From Eledone cirrhosa (lineage: Eukaryota): a stretch of 64,000 bases of DNA. The stretch is from positions 39,804,001-39,868,000 of the forward strand of contig OZ024751.1 in NCBI GenBank assembly GCA_964016885.1. The letters are read 5' to 3'. Positions 42,939-57,746 of the stretch are shown here, piece by piece (position 1 is the first letter of the stretch; each line of letters begins with the position of its first letter). Under the pieces are notes generated by a model, which worked only from the letters and a program-made list of their open reading frames with translations, made no database searches and was not told where the DNA came from. The translations under genes were made by a program, and so were the position numbers.

Positions 42939-43040
42939 GGTGATAGATGGTCAGGAATACCCTGGCAAGATCCAACAAATGAACCAAACAGCAGAAGAAA
43001 TAAAGAAAGAAGATCGAAAATTCAGCGGCCGGGAACAGTT
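42939..43040 (+). CDS. ITIH-like: ITIH-like gene exon (VIT middle)
   Basis: CAG|(M)[33 protein letters not shown](L)|GTAAGT, 102 bp, phase 2 to 2. Matches ITIH IDG..YPG. Confidence 0.85.
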
Positions 43041-43356
43041 GTAAGTAGCAATAAATATTAATCATATTTCCCTTACCTTCATCTAACTTTTCTTTTTTTT
43101 ATGTTTATGTTGAGGTTACCTATAATATTATTCAATTTACTTTCTCACGTGTCTCTCCAGAAAATATTTAGAAGGTGTGAATATTCTACTACTACTATGT
43201 ATATATATACCAAAGTATCGTCTTCCTGTCTTCCTTCGGTTGCAACGTTTTTCGAAATATTACTTCTGCGTTCACAGATTGATCTTTTTTAATTTCAGAA
43301 GATCCCGTTAAGGGTGAAAGCAGCGATTCTTTGCTTAAACTTTAATCTGTTATTTT

Positions 43357-43402
<46 letters not shown>

Positions 43403-43406
<4 letters not shown>

Positions 43407-44046
43407 TATAGATGTCCTGTAAATAAGCGCCGAAACACAGCCCTGGCGGACAGAATAGAGAAGGCGTTTCCCCGGAGGACGGCAAGGGAGACGCGCTGGA
43501 AACGCCATTCCAGCACGCGAGGCCCACGCCTTTGGCTGGCCAGCTCAGACACTATGGTGGTGAGTAGGGAGGTAGCCCTAGGGCCGAGGACACCAGAAGT
43601 CTCCACTGCAAAAGGTGCAACCGTAAACCTGTCGGAGAGCGAGCGGTATTTGAGGAGTTTGGTCTTCTCAGCCCGACGTGCAGCAGAACCTGGGTCAGTT
43701 GCGGACTGCACCAGGTTGCGGCTGCAGAAAGTGTCGATGCAAGTGGCATCCCAGACGAGGGGTTTGCCACCGCGGAACGGGAAGATGGTCATGCCATCTG
43801 GCCTTTTGCCGTCCCCTCGATCCAGCCCCACCGGCTCGAGCTGGGAAGGGAAGCCTGCAGCGTCCAAGCCAAGCTTAATGACCTCGTTGAGGGCAGCATG
43901 GCGTGGAATGCGGCCGGCACTGTGGCGACAGGAAAGCGTGTGGAGGCCGAAAGAGTCCACGGTGGTACCGCAGTGACATTGGTGTGGCTGGCAGATCCGG
44001 AGGCCGAGCCTCAGGGAAACGCCGATTCGCAGGCTATGGTTGTCTA
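43403..44046 (-). mobile_element. 5'-truncated CRE-clade non-LTR retrotransposon (CCHC finger plus RLE endonuclease)
   Basis: LRLGLRICQPHQCHCGTTVDSFGLHTLSC...RHAALN...EP.GL.RGDGKRPDG...LVWDATC...FAVETSG...FQRVSLAVLRGNA. GC-rich; the 3' end abuts (TA)n. Confidence 0.85.
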
Positions 44047-44771
44047 GTTTAGATAAATTTCAAAACATTTTGTCCATCTGAATTATAATCTATAAAATGT
44101 TCTTATTTCTTTTAACTAGTTTTATTTCAGATTTGGCTTGCTGAATTGTAGATTTTATAATTAAACTAAGTTGCTTAGTTTATTATATTTGTCATAAACA
44201 ATAGATTTATATTAAATTCTATGATTAAATATGACGCCAGCTGGGCGGTGAATTATAATATGTTGATTCCTTTCTGTAGTCATATTAATCACCACACTTA
44301 ACAAATATAGAGTGGATTGTAATCAGCTTAGAGATTACAAGGAGACATAATAATAGTGTGTTTCCTATAAAGTTGAACTGAACATTACAATAGTTTCTTT
44401 TAAATTATTCACTGTTCTTAACAGTAAGCTGTTAAGCTAATTATGGCACAATCTCTCTCTCTCTATATATATATATAGTAATAATAATAAATTTGAAGAC
44501 TAAAATCCAAAGAGGGCTCGATATATATATATATTTCCATTTACTGTACCGATTGTGTTGTTATTTCTGCTTAACTTTTACATACATACATATATATATC
44601 AATTATATATATATATATTAATAAATGGAAACTACATTTATAAAACCATATTTATTCCATTATATATATTTCAAGGGTACCAAAATTTTGGTACACTCTC
44701 ATCAGATAAAATACAAAATTTGTTTTATAAATGGTGACATACCCAAGAAACCAGACCTTATCGGTTCAGGT

Positions 44772-44901
<130 letters not shown>

Positions 44902-45030
44902 TAGATATAGATATAGATGTTGGTTCACGAAGCTAGTCGAAGAGAATCGGTACAATTTAGGTCTCCTATTCAATATCATAGGGTTTCTGTATTAGAAATA
45001 CAAACCCATTACTCAGAGTATATACATACA

Positions 45031-45071
<41 letters not shown>

Positions 45072-45981
45072 ATAGTGAAGGCGTGATTGTGATTGTAAAC
45101 GGGCGGCATTTCAAAAGTTTACTATTTTATATTCCCATTTCTTAACAGTAAGCTGGTAAGCTAATTATATATATGTTTGTATTTAGGTGAATCTAACCCT
45201 CAAATTGGACATCCAATAAAGTTAATGTGAGAGTCATATTTTTATATGTATTTCTGCTTCAATAATATTCTATTTCAATTTAAAACTATATGTATTCCTC
45301 CCTTTCCATTTTTCAAACAAAATTTGGTATCCGATCTCCCTTATAAGGGCATTAGGTCTGTTAGATAAGAATAATCTAGATGATTTGTAGATTTCTTTTT
45401 TTTAATCAAGTTGCAACAGCCATCTCACCTCGCGGGTACTGACGTTCCGATCTTGCGGAGTAGCTCGGCATTATGGAGTCCAAGTACGTCTCAGGTCTCA
45501 ACGACGACCGGTCCAAGGACGAAGCCGTCGGACAATCCCCGGCATTTAATTGTTCCTAAACTTATTAACAAAAACATTATACTACATTAACATTATACTA
45601 CATTAACATTATACTACATTAACATTATACTACATTAACATTATACTACATTAATATTATACTATATTGACGAAATAATGTTTTGTTTCGTAGTCATCTT
45701 TCTTTTGTTCTTATTCTTTTACTGATTTCAGTCTTTAGGCTGTGGCCATGCTGGGGTACTACCGTGATGTGTTCATTTTAATTTATTTTGAAATAGAAAA
45801 TAGAAGCTTTCGCCGTATTTTTTACTAAAGAAATTTTAGCCTGAGAATGGGGTTTAGAACCCTCTAAGAAATGGAAAAATCAAAAAATCAAAAATATGCC
45901 GAAAGCTTCTATTTTCTATTTCAAACTCGCCCGCTGTTTCATAACAAACTTACTATATTTTATTTTATTTTATCTTTTTAG

Positions 45982-46232
45982 ACCTCGGGGTTCAAGGAAG
46001 TTTTCAGCGAGTATCGAACTTGGAGCACAAAAAAGGGTTCTGTTTAAGGTCCGCTACGAGGAATTATTGAAACGAAAGCTTGGTTACTATGAGCACGTTA
46101 TTTATGTCAATCCGTGTCGACCAATAGGAGACATGAGAATCGAAGTATTTATAACGGAATCCAATAAAATCAAGATTCTACAAATTCCACCTTTACGTTC
46201 AGTTAATCCGTCAACTCCAGTTGAAGATTCAG
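45982..46232 (+). CDS. ITIH-like: ITIH-like gene exon (VIT C-part and linker)
   Basis: TAG|PRGSRKFSASIELGAQKRVLFKVRYEELLKRKLGYYEHVIYVNP...VEDS|GTACGT. YEELLKR.LG.YE is an ITIH hallmark. Phase 2 to 1. Confidence 0.92.
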
Positions 46233-46242
46233 GTACGTTTAG

Positions 46243-46322
<80 letters not shown>

Positions 46323-46914
46323 GATGTATGTATGTATGTATGTATATATATATATATGTATAAATATATACATTATATATATACATATATATACGTGAAT
46401 ACATATACATACATATATAACATAACATACATCCCTCGTACTTTCACTCACCTCCTATGCTTGTCACCCTCTCTCGGCTAACCTCTTCTTCACACTTTCA
46501 CTCACTCACTCTCTGCTACTCACCCTCTCTCTCATTCCATCGTCCCACACCGTACGAGATTATTTCCTCGCTCACATCCGCACGGCCAAGATGTGTCTTT
46601 GCCTTCTCGTCAATATTCGCAAGTTCTTATGTTCAAAATGAATTATTGACTTGATTTTCTCATTTTTTCCTCTCTTTACGTTGACTCACCATTCGTGTTT
46701 ATTTACCTGTCTCTCTTTCTCCACCCAACTCTTTTTATCCCAATAACTTATTTTAGTTATTGTATTGCCCTAGCCAGAGGTATCTGGTCTGTAATGCGAA
46801 GAAATACCTATGTTGGCTAGTAGACCACTGATGATGGATAGTCCTGGCTTCTATTTCTAATTCTTCATTTTATTATATATATCATATTTGCAACAACACA
46901 GCTAGCCATTTTTC

Positions 46915-46972
<58 letters not shown>

Positions 46973-48186
46973 GCCGTAGTTGACATACAGCTTATCTTGG
47001 GTAGCATTTTAACCTGGCAAAGCTCTTCTCCTCTCCAGGTCTGAATACAACAGATTTCTTCCAAAGAAGTATAGACAGTGAGAGAATTGAAGTGAGAAAG
47101 AGATATAGAGGAAGAATCGACTTCAGTACTAAACTGGTAGTATTTTATCGATCTTGAAATGGTAAAAGACAAAGTTGACCTCGACGGGATTTGAAATCAG
47201 AACGTAATATAGACAACAAATCATTTAGGATTAGGGTTAGGGTTAGATACTCTACTGATTTTGCTAATTTACCGCACTACTACGGATTAAATAATACACA
47301 GATAGAAGTTAATCCTTCCATGGTAGATTAAATATGTCGAAAGCTGTTATTGTGGATGAGAATATCGAACAATATTACCTTATTCATACACGCAGAGCTT
47401 TCTGGATTTGTGGGTGTGTTAGGAATCAGTATTTATAACAAATAACCTGATTCGTTTAACACAAGTTGTGCTACACTAAACGGTTTACTGGCTCTCGTTT
47501 CATTTCACTGAATTCAGAGTTAAACTACAATTTGTTGTTGAATTAACCTTTTATTTCCTCTGAGATTGCCAAACAAATAACAAATATTGGCGTTACGCCT
47601 AAGTTAGAAATTAAACCTGTTGTTTATTTGTGTGAAATGTGTAGATAGGATCGGAAAACACAGCGTTCTTTATTCCTCTGAAGTCGATAAAACAAATACC
47701 AATAATATCTTGGTGTTGGTGTAATGGAATGTATCATTCTTTCTCCTTGGTGCAGAAAAATGGGTCTAATGCCTGATGGGAAGATTTATAAAACGAAGGA
47801 ATCCCCATGAGATGTTGCTTTAGAGATAGTGGATTATAGGAATTATTTAGTGTAAGGTTTCGAAAATACGATATTGTTTGTAAGAAGATGGATGACGTCA
47901 TTACTGTTATGTAATTATAGTAGGATTAATATTAAGGAAACAAACAACATTGGAGATTTGAGGAAGTTTGTTTGTAATATAAAAGATTAGAGGATCTGGA
48001 GTTGTAATATGAATATTTGGAGGAGGTTTGGATGTTCTATAATGTATTAAAGGAACTGTGGTTGTGATATCAAGGATTAGAGGAGTTAGAGTTGTAATAG
48101 AAATGGGGCAATTTATAATCGACTTCCCTTTCTCACAAATTTCCGGTCCTGTTCCAATATTAGAAACCATTATTATTATCATTAGA

Positions 48187-48380
48187 GGGCGGTAGTTTGG
48201 CAGTATCGGTAGAGGGTCAGACGCCATGCTTTGACGCTTATAGTTACGGTCCTTGCCATTCTGAGTTCAAATCTCTCCAAGGTTAACTTTGCCTTTCATC
48301 CTTACGGGGTCGATAAAATAAAGTACCAGTAATGCACTGGGTATTTGCTGGCATTGTGCCAAAAGTAGAAACAATTATTA
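48187..48380 (+). mobile_element. tRNA-derived SINE, full length
   Basis: A box, B box, core and tail. Confidence 0.85.
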
Positions 48381-48682
48381 TTATTTATCATGGTAGTAAC
48401 GCATCGGTATTGAAAATTTTCTTTACGTGATGGTGTAGTCCAAACAGAACAAGAATGCTTGTCTCATGCTTCCTTTAAATGGAGGACATTTGCTTCGTAC
48501 TGATTTTGGGTTACAAACACTAAACGCACTAAATCATTTAGTTGGCATAACTGACGCTATTCCGATGAAACCAGCTGCGTTCTGAGAGAATTATGGATTT
48601 ATATCAAAATGAAATATATGTATACTTATTGAGCTTCCATTCTTGTAGAAATTTGACCAAAATAAAATAACAGATAACTACG

Positions 48683-48754
<72 letters not shown>

Positions 48755-48871
48755 CATATATATATATGTATATATATATAATAAATATTTGCTCTACGGT
48801 TCTTATATATTTGATATATATTTATCCTTATCGAGCCCTCTTTGGATTTTAGTTTTCAAATTAATTATTAT

Positions 48872-49034
<163 letters not shown>

Positions 49035-49110
49035 CATTGAATATCTGAAGTAGAACCGTTTCTTCCCGGCATGAAAACACTTCATATATGTCCATATATG
49101 TATATATACG

Positions 49111-49201
<91 letters not shown>

Positions 49202-49639
49202 GTGTGTGAATGTGTGTATATATGCATATATATAGATAGAGAGAGAGAGAGAGAAAGAGGGGGACGTTCAATGCTATATATTACACAGTTGCAACTAGAC
49301 TGCAGTTTACTTCGTGCATTAAAATCATGTCTGAGTGTCTGCTGTTCCTCTTGTACCTCTTTATGGAAGAAATGGTTACTACTACTACTTCTACTACTAC
49401 TACCACAACCGCCATCATGTGTGTGTACACATGCATACACACATACACCCACACATACATATACACATCTTTTCTCCACCAGCTCCATTCTACTCTCAAG
49501 CGCTTCTTCCAACCTCTCCCCCCTATATATATATATATATGAATATCAAGGGATGTCAACATGAATGAACCTGTTATTTTTATCTAAAGACAGTTTTTCC
49601 AATTCAAACCCGCCCGTCCTCTCAATCTATCTTATTTCT

Positions 49640-49765
49640 CATTCTTTCTTCTGATGAAGGACTAACGTCCGAAACATTAAGAACCTCTTCCTGCTATATC
49701 AAGCGTTAACCTAATATATCCCTTCCATATACTGTACCGAATGTGTTGTTATTTCTGTTTACCTT
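49640..49765 (+). mobile_element. Penelope-like pLTR remnant with a hammerhead-like core (related pieces near 10990, 21760, 44535 and 50620)
   Basis: ttctt-CTGATGA-A-GGAC TAAC GTCC-GAAACATT-aagaa, with a 3' tail ending in (TA)n. Confidence 0.55.
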
Positions 49766-49938
49766 ATATATATATATACGACTTTATATATAAATATATG
49801 TATATAATTATGTATACATAAATATATATATATATATATATTTTATGTATATAATTATATATATATATATTTTTGTATGTATGTATGTACATATATAAAG
49901 TCGTATATATATATAAAGTCGTATATATATATAAAGTC

Positions 49939-49989
<51 letters not shown>

Positions 49990-50344
49990 GTATATACAAT
50001 TATATTTATGTATAAAGCCGTGATAACACTTAATATGATGCGACAGTTGTAATGTAACTTTAACGAAAAAGAGTTCTTTTATTTTCCTTCCTCGGGGCTG
50101 TTTACATAAATCTCCCAAATTAGTTTAAAAACATACTGTGTTGACATGAGTTACATGAATGTAGTAATACATGAGAAAAGACATGTATATAATATATAAT
50201 GTCATTAAATGTTATGTTATATGTCTGTTAGGGGAGAGTCAGAACAACCTTCATTTTAACATGTTCGCCAATGAGGTAACCACACCTACACCCACACACA
50301 CAGAGATATACATAGATATAGATATATCAATGCGTCTGTGTGTG

Positions 50345-50377
<33 letters not shown>

Positions 50378-50536
50378 TTTTTTTAAATCCAACGTCAATA
50401 AATACACCACCATTACATAACTAAATATATATATATATATATATATATGTTTGTATGTATATATATGTATGTGTATGTATGTATATGTATGTATATATGC
50501 ACATATTATATATATGCACATATTATATATATATAA

Positions 50537-50623
<87 letters not shown>

Positions 50624-51185
50624 GTAAACAGAAATAACGACACAATCGGTACAGTATATGGAAGGTATATATTAGGTTAACGCTTGATATAGCAGTTATG
50701 TATATGTATGTATATATGCACATACATTTGCATATGTATAGATAGATAAATAAATAAATATAAATATTGATAGATGGGTAAATCGATAGATACATAGTGT
50801 TAATATGAGGGTTCGTTCTTGTGTCAGCTTTATGGAAAGGAATGACATAAGATCGAATGTTTTTGACTGGAGAGAATAGTAAAGATAATGAGATAGTACT
50901 AATCATATTTCCTTAAATTTGGTAAACCGAAATTTCCTTTCGGCTTTATTTCTCTCTTGAGAATGATGTCATAATGTTCGATTATGCATCTTTCTTTCTA
51001 AATATTCGTTAAGGCCAACTGAGAATTAGGCTTCGAGTAAAGTAAATTGATATATATCATCGTTATGTGAATCATATTATCGCATAGTACATATACATAT
51101 ATACATACATACATACATACATACATATGTACATACATACGTATGTACATACATACATACATACATACATACATACATACATACA

Positions 51186-51215
<30 letters not shown>

Positions 51216-51218
<3 letters not shown>

Positions 51219-52296
51219 GGTGGCTGCCAACTCGCTTTCGAGTATGGCCACTACTTTATATCCATGTAGCAGAACCCCTACCGATGCGCTGAACAAGTGT
51301 GACTTTTTAGCCCAGCCAGCGACTTGAAAACTCTGGTACAAACACTACACCTGTGACAATTATTGACACATAGTGCTGGGCCCATGGTACCATGTGACGA
51401 CAAGTGCAGAGAGATCTCCAGATATAAAGCAATTCCTGTGCAGTGAAGCTTTTATAGTGAGCAAAGGCACTGCACAAAGCCAGTCCCACTCTCTTAATCA
51501 AGAGCTCCTTTGCCCTTTGACAGGTTTTGTTTTTAGTCTTGCAGGATGTCCAAAGTCACCCTCCTCACCAAGAAACCTTGGTGGGGTTGCCAGTTTAGTC
51601 GCCAACGACCCGACCATGAGACAGATTGTACTGGGATACATGTTACAAGTAGCACCAACTAGTGACCTGACATACATACATACATACATGGTGGCTGCCA
51701 ACTCGTTTTCGAGTACGGCCACTACTTTATATCCATGTAGGAGAACCCCTACTGATGCGCTGAACGAGTGACTTTTTAGTCCAGCCAGCGACTTGAAAAC
51801 TCTGGTACAAAGACTACACTTGTGACAATTATTGACACATAGTGTTGGGCCCATGGTACCATGTGACGACAAGTGCAGAGAGATCTCCAGATATAAAGCA
51901 ATGCCTGTGCCGTGAAGCTTTTATAGTGAGCAAAGGCACTGCACAAAGCCAGTCCCACTCTCTTAACCAAGATGATATTTACCAAAAAGAAGAACAAGTC
52001 AACATCATTGGATACCATCAGGGTTGCAGGTGTTATATCAGAGTTTTCCTTCTCCTAGAATTCTGCCTTGACAAAGGCTAAGGGGTCATCTCTCCCGGTG
52101 ATTTTGGATGGCCATTGACTCTTAAGAGCTCCTTTGCCCTTTGACAGGTTTTGTTTTTAGTCCTGCAGGATGTCCAAAGTCACCCTCCTCACCAAGAAAC
52201 CTTGGTGGGGTTGCCAGTTTAGTCGCCAACGACCCGACCATGAGACAGGTTGTACTGGGATACATGTTACCAGTAGCACCAACTGGTGACCTGACA
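51216..52296 (-). mobile_element. Two tandem short non-autonomous RTE-like elements in (CATA)n
   Basis: Copies at 51216-51671 and 51688-52296. The 3' part encodes the zinc-finger remnant CSLCTRVFKSLAGLKSH, followed by (TATG)n tails. Confidence 0.6.
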
Positions 52297-52355
52297 TAAT
52301 ACATACATACATACATACATACATACATACATACATACATACATACATACATACA

Positions 52356-52386
<31 letters not shown>

Positions 52387-52887
52387 GTGGCCGGTCAAAA
52401 AAATATACTCGAAATTAAGAGAAAGAGAAAACATACATACATACATACATACATACATACATACATACATACATACGTATACTTATATACTTACATACGT
52501 ACATATACTTATATACTTACATACGTACAGGGTGGCAACAACTCGATTTCGAGTAATACTATCGCTTGATACTTAAGCATGAGTATCACACATGTAGCTT
52601 TTTAGTCCTGTTAGGGACATGCCTATGACCAGCAATGCCATGCATCGAAAACAATGTCACATATCAAGCGATACCTGAACATCGAATGTCTTTACCCGAA
52701 AAGTAGAACTGGTCTACATCATTGGATGCAAAGTCGCAGGTTTTATATCCGAGTAACCTGTTAGAGAGATGTCTTAATAAAGACTAGGAGTATTTCGCTC
52801 CACCAAAACTACATAATACATATAAACATACATCTATATATAAATATAAATACATACATATCTATATATATTTGATCAGAGGTAAAT

Positions 52888-53200
52888 AATTGTTTCTACG
52901 TTTGGCACAAGGCCAGCAATTACCCAGTACATTACTGGTACTTTATTTTATCGGCCCCGTAAGGATGAAAGGCAAAGTCAACCTCGGCGGGATTTGAACT
53001 CAGATCGTAAGTAATAATTGTTTCTACTTTAGGCACAAGGCCAGCAATTACCCAGTACATTACTGGTACTTTATTTTATCGGCCCCGTAAGGATGAAAGG
53101 CAAAGTTAACCTCGACGGGATTTAAACTCAGACCTTAAAGGGACGTAACTATGCTAGAAAGCATGGCGTCCCGCCCTCTACCGATACTGCCAATTCACCG
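52888..53200 (-). mobile_element. SINE with a tandemly duplicated 3' part
   Basis: Two consecutive tail and core copies, one head. Confidence 0.8.
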
Positions 53201-53503
53201 AGATAAATAATGTAATGGAGATCGAGTGACGCAACTTCGAGCGATTAGCGGCCTCTAGACTCACCTGATCAATCAAACAATTGTTAATACCTGAAATAAA
53301 GCCCCTTGTTGTACAGCCAACCATGTTACTCTTCATTCTTTCACTATTTTTACTCCAAGTATAACCTACATAGGAATTCCCCCGAACTCGCTGTCTAACT
53401 ATGGAAGCATCTTATTGAGTCAAACAAAGCCGTACGTTAAAACTATCCACGACGCAGAGTACTCACAACCTCCAACAGGATTACCTATAACGTTAACTTG
53501 TTA

Positions 53504-53561
<58 letters not shown>

Positions 53562-54115
53562 TTACACACACATATATATATGTGTGTGTATGTGCCTGTG
53601 TGTGAGAGAGAGAGTGTGTGTGTGTGGAGGTGGATGTATGTGTGCGTGTGTGTTTGTTTGAGTGAACATATGTGTGTGTGAACATGTGTGTGAGCGTGGT
53701 GTGAGCGTGTATGTGCTTGTATGTGTGTGTGTATGTGTGTCATCTGCATACTCGCCGCAACGATTATTGAAGCAATGCAAATGAATTTCCATTAAAAGTG
53801 CTCTCCAGTCCGTTAACAAGTGGAGAGACATAAAATTCAATCTTGTAATATATACAACGTTACGTGCTATCGATATATAAATATTAATGTTATCATAGTG
53901 ATCGTTATCTTGAGTTAGAACTAATTAGGAAATGTTATGTGAACTTCCTAACCCTGTAGTTATGCCAGCACTCAATGCAGATCTTAACCCATTCCTCACC
54001 ATATTTCTAATATAATATACTCTATTTGTATTAATTATTGAAGAATTTACCAAATTTATTGATTATTACCTTATTAGGGTTGTATTTGAAACATTTTTAT
54101 TAATATATTGATATA

Positions 54116-54700
54116 ATAATTGTTTCTACTTTTGGCACAAGGCCAGCAATTATCCCAGTGTATTACTAGTACTTTATTTTATTTTTTAAGGATGAAAGGC
54201 AAAGTTAACCTCGGCGGGATTTGAACTCAGACCATAAAGAGCTATAACACTATGCTGCAAAGTATGGCGTCCGACCCTCTACCGATACTGCCAATCCACC
54301 GCCAATATTTTGATATAATAATGCTGCATTTCATAGAAACCAAATGCGGTTTGCAGCGGGCCTAGTATCAAAAGTTGTTTAGTAGAATTACTTTTCATTA
54401 TTTAGTTGGTACCAGTAATACACTGGTATAATTGCTGACGTTGTTCCAAAAGTAGAAACAATTATTTAGTTGGTATAAGGGCGGTAGATTGGCAGTATCG
54501 GTAGAGAGTCGGACACCCTGCTTTGACGCATAGAGTTACGGTCCTTTAAGGTCTGAGTTCAAATCCTGCAGAGGTTAACTTTGCCTTTCATCCTTACGTG
54601 GTCGATAAAATAAAGAACCAGTAATGCACGGGGGTCGATTTAATCGACTTTCCACTCCCCCAAAATTGCTGGCCTTGTGCCTATATAAGAAACCATTATT
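54116..54700. mobile_element. Inverted SINE pair (54116-54302 on -, 54478-54700 on +) just upstream of an ITIH exon
   Basis: Same SINE family in opposite orientations. Confidence 0.8.
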
Positions 54701-54796
54701 TAATTGGTATTAGTATTGGTATTGAACGGGAGGTTCGCAAAATCTGTAGAGCGTCGGACACCATGCTTCATTATTCTTTCTTTGTCTTTCTACCAG

Positions 54797-54945
54797 CGAT
54801 TAATTCCGATATAGAAATAGATCGTCCTTCATCAAAACTGGCCAAAATAACTTACAAGTCACCCCGAAAGAATGAAGTTGTTGACGGAATCTTCGTGGTG
54901 AAATACTCCGTACATCACCGTGGAAAGTTTACAGGAGAAATTCTA
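54797..54945 (+). CDS. ITIH-like: ITIH-like gene exon (linker before vWA)
   Basis: CAG|(A)INSDIEIDRPSSKLAKITYKSPRKNEVVDGIFVVKYSVHHRGKFTGEIL|GTAAGT, phase 1 to 0. Matches the ITIH G.F.V.Y.V motif. Confidence 0.9.
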
Positions 54946-55114
54946 GTAAGTTCTGTTGATTAATTCACTGTTGAATAAATAGAGATAAATAGAGACTAAA
55001 CAGCTCATGCATAGACACACCTTGATTGTACCCTGAGCTGATCGATATCGAAAATATATGCAGCACAGACTTCGATATATTTTAAATCTCTCTCTCTCTC
55101 TCTCCTTCTCTCTC

Positions 55115-55165
<51 letters not shown>

Positions 55166-55480
55166 ATATATATATTCTGTCTATATATATGTGTGTATGT
55201 GTGCGTGTATGTGTGTTAATTTGTTTGTGTGTGTGTTTGTTTGTGTGTGTATGCGGGGGGGGGGGGGGGGATATGTGTGTGTGAGTGTGTGTGTATGTGT
55301 GTGTATGAGTGTGTATTTCTCAATTCGAATATAGAATACTTTCATTGTTAACATATATTTTACTTCCAGGGGTGGTGTCGTTTATGAGGTCTCAAATGTA
55401 TAGTAATAAAACTTCTTTAATAGATCTTTATAGAGCAATCGCCCTTTTAATGAACACACACAACACACACACATACACAC

Positions 55481-55544
<64 letters not shown>

Positions 55545-55729
55545 GTTTGTGTGTGTGTATATATATATATAAACTTCAACGCTTTCATATATATATATAT
55601 ATATATACGTTCATAGTTACATACATGATTTACAAAAGAGTGCTGGGACACCTACTACTAGGAAATGAAACAACTGAAATCCTAGAATACTGCCAACGTC
55701 TATATTTTCTGTTTTAAGGTGTTTAATAT

Positions 55730-56036
55730 TTGACCTGCTGATAGGTGGTATATTGCCATAGAGATCCTTATTTGTTGGGTGTTCCCTCCAAGACACGGTT
55801 AAGGTCAATACGTGGACAGAGACTCAGATATGCTGGCCACTGTTGGCGCAGCAAGGAAGAAATAGCAGCTGATGTGTTGTGATGGAGTCCAACGCTGGTC
55901 GTCCCAGGAGGACGTACGTCGGGCAACTTGAGGACGATGCTGGATGCACTGCGGAGGAACTGGCAAACGCTATGAGAGACAGAGATGGATGGAGGAAACG
56001 TGTCGTAGAAAGCCGAGCAAGCTTGACCTGATGATG
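55730..56036 (+). mobile_element. RTE-type LINE 3' end with an inverted 5' segment
   Basis: The + strand gives RSIRGQRLRYAGHCWRSKEE...AMRDRDGWRKRV then a tgatgatga tail. The - strand at 55730-55800 gives VSWREHPTNKDLYGNIPPISRS. Confidence 0.75.
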
Positions 56037-56191
56037 AATGATATTTGAGTGTTGGTGTCAAATATTACACAATACATCACACATCACACATCACATATCA
56101 CATGTCACACATCACACATCACACATCACATATCACACATCACATATCACACATTATATAATTTCTCTCATTTTTCTTTACTTGATTTTAG

Positions 56192-56477
56192 ACTTCAAAT
56201 GGATATTTCGTCCATTTCTTTATGCCTGAAAAACTGGAACCCATGAAGAAAGACATTTTATTTCTTTTGGATACTAGTAGTTCTATGATTGGTCGTAAGA
56301 CGGAGCAGTTGAGATCTGCCATGAAACTTATACTGAATGATTTAACTGGAGGAGAGCGTTTCAACGTTTTGAATTTCAGTCATAAATTGCATTTTTGGCA
56401 ACCCAAAATGACATTGTGGAGCGAGAAAAGTAAAAACGATTGTTTGAAATGGATAAGTCAAAGAAGTATTGGTGGCA
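56192..56477 (+). CDS. ITIH-like: ITIH-like gene exon (vWA domain N-part, MIDAS DxSxS)
   Basis: TAG|TSNGYFVHFFMPEKLEPMKKDILFLLDTSSSMIGRKTEQLRSAMKLILNDL...SIGG|GTAAGT. NGYFVHFF.P is an ITIH hallmark. Phase 0 to 1. Confidence 0.95.
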
Positions 56478-56739
56478 GTAAGTGTTACGATAAATTTTGT
56501 TCCATCAGCTATTTTTTCTATCTATCTCTATTAAGTCATATAGAAAAGTTCCAGTGATTTTGAAGGTTCAGGTTGATCGCTTCAGCTAGCAGCCGGGGGA
56601 AGCGATCAAGTTGAAACTTCAAAATAACTGCAGATTTTTTACTTTCTTTACAGTCTATCCACCAATATTGTGTGACGATTCAGTTAATGCTTAAATGTTT
56701 CAATACTACGGTATTTTAAACACACATTCTAATATGGGA

Positions 56740-57180
<441 letters not shown>

Positions 57181-57580
57181 TTTGTTATGAAGTGATAAGC
57201 CGAGAAGTGTTTTAAAATGGAAAAAAAAATAACCATTACAAACGGAAGGAGAAAAACATTAAATGATAAGTGTTTGAAAGAAAACACTATTTTTTGGTTT
57301 GTTTTAATATATATTAAATGTAGATGTAGATGCAGGCATTGCTTTGCAATCATAAGACACCAAGTTCGATTCCACGTATGTGGTATCTGTGGAATTCTCA
57401 GAAACTTGCATGTTAATTTCACCAGCAGGATATTCCATTGATCGAACAACTGGAATGACCATTTTCGAAACCGACGGACGACCATTGAGATTTATTTTTT
57501 TACATATACTTATCTGATGACGCCAAATAGATTAAAAGCGATGCCAACCTTGATCACAATAATCTTTAGAACTCTGTACA

Positions 57581-57638
<58 letters not shown>

Positions 57639-57657
57639 CATACATACATATATATAT

Positions 57658-57746
<89 letters not shown>

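Noticed and set aside
43554-43976. + strand 140-aa ORF
   Set aside because: Antisense shadow of the GC-rich CRE coding sequence.
47226-47247. Telomere-like TTAGGG repeats
   Set aside because: Only about 3 imperfect units, not significant.
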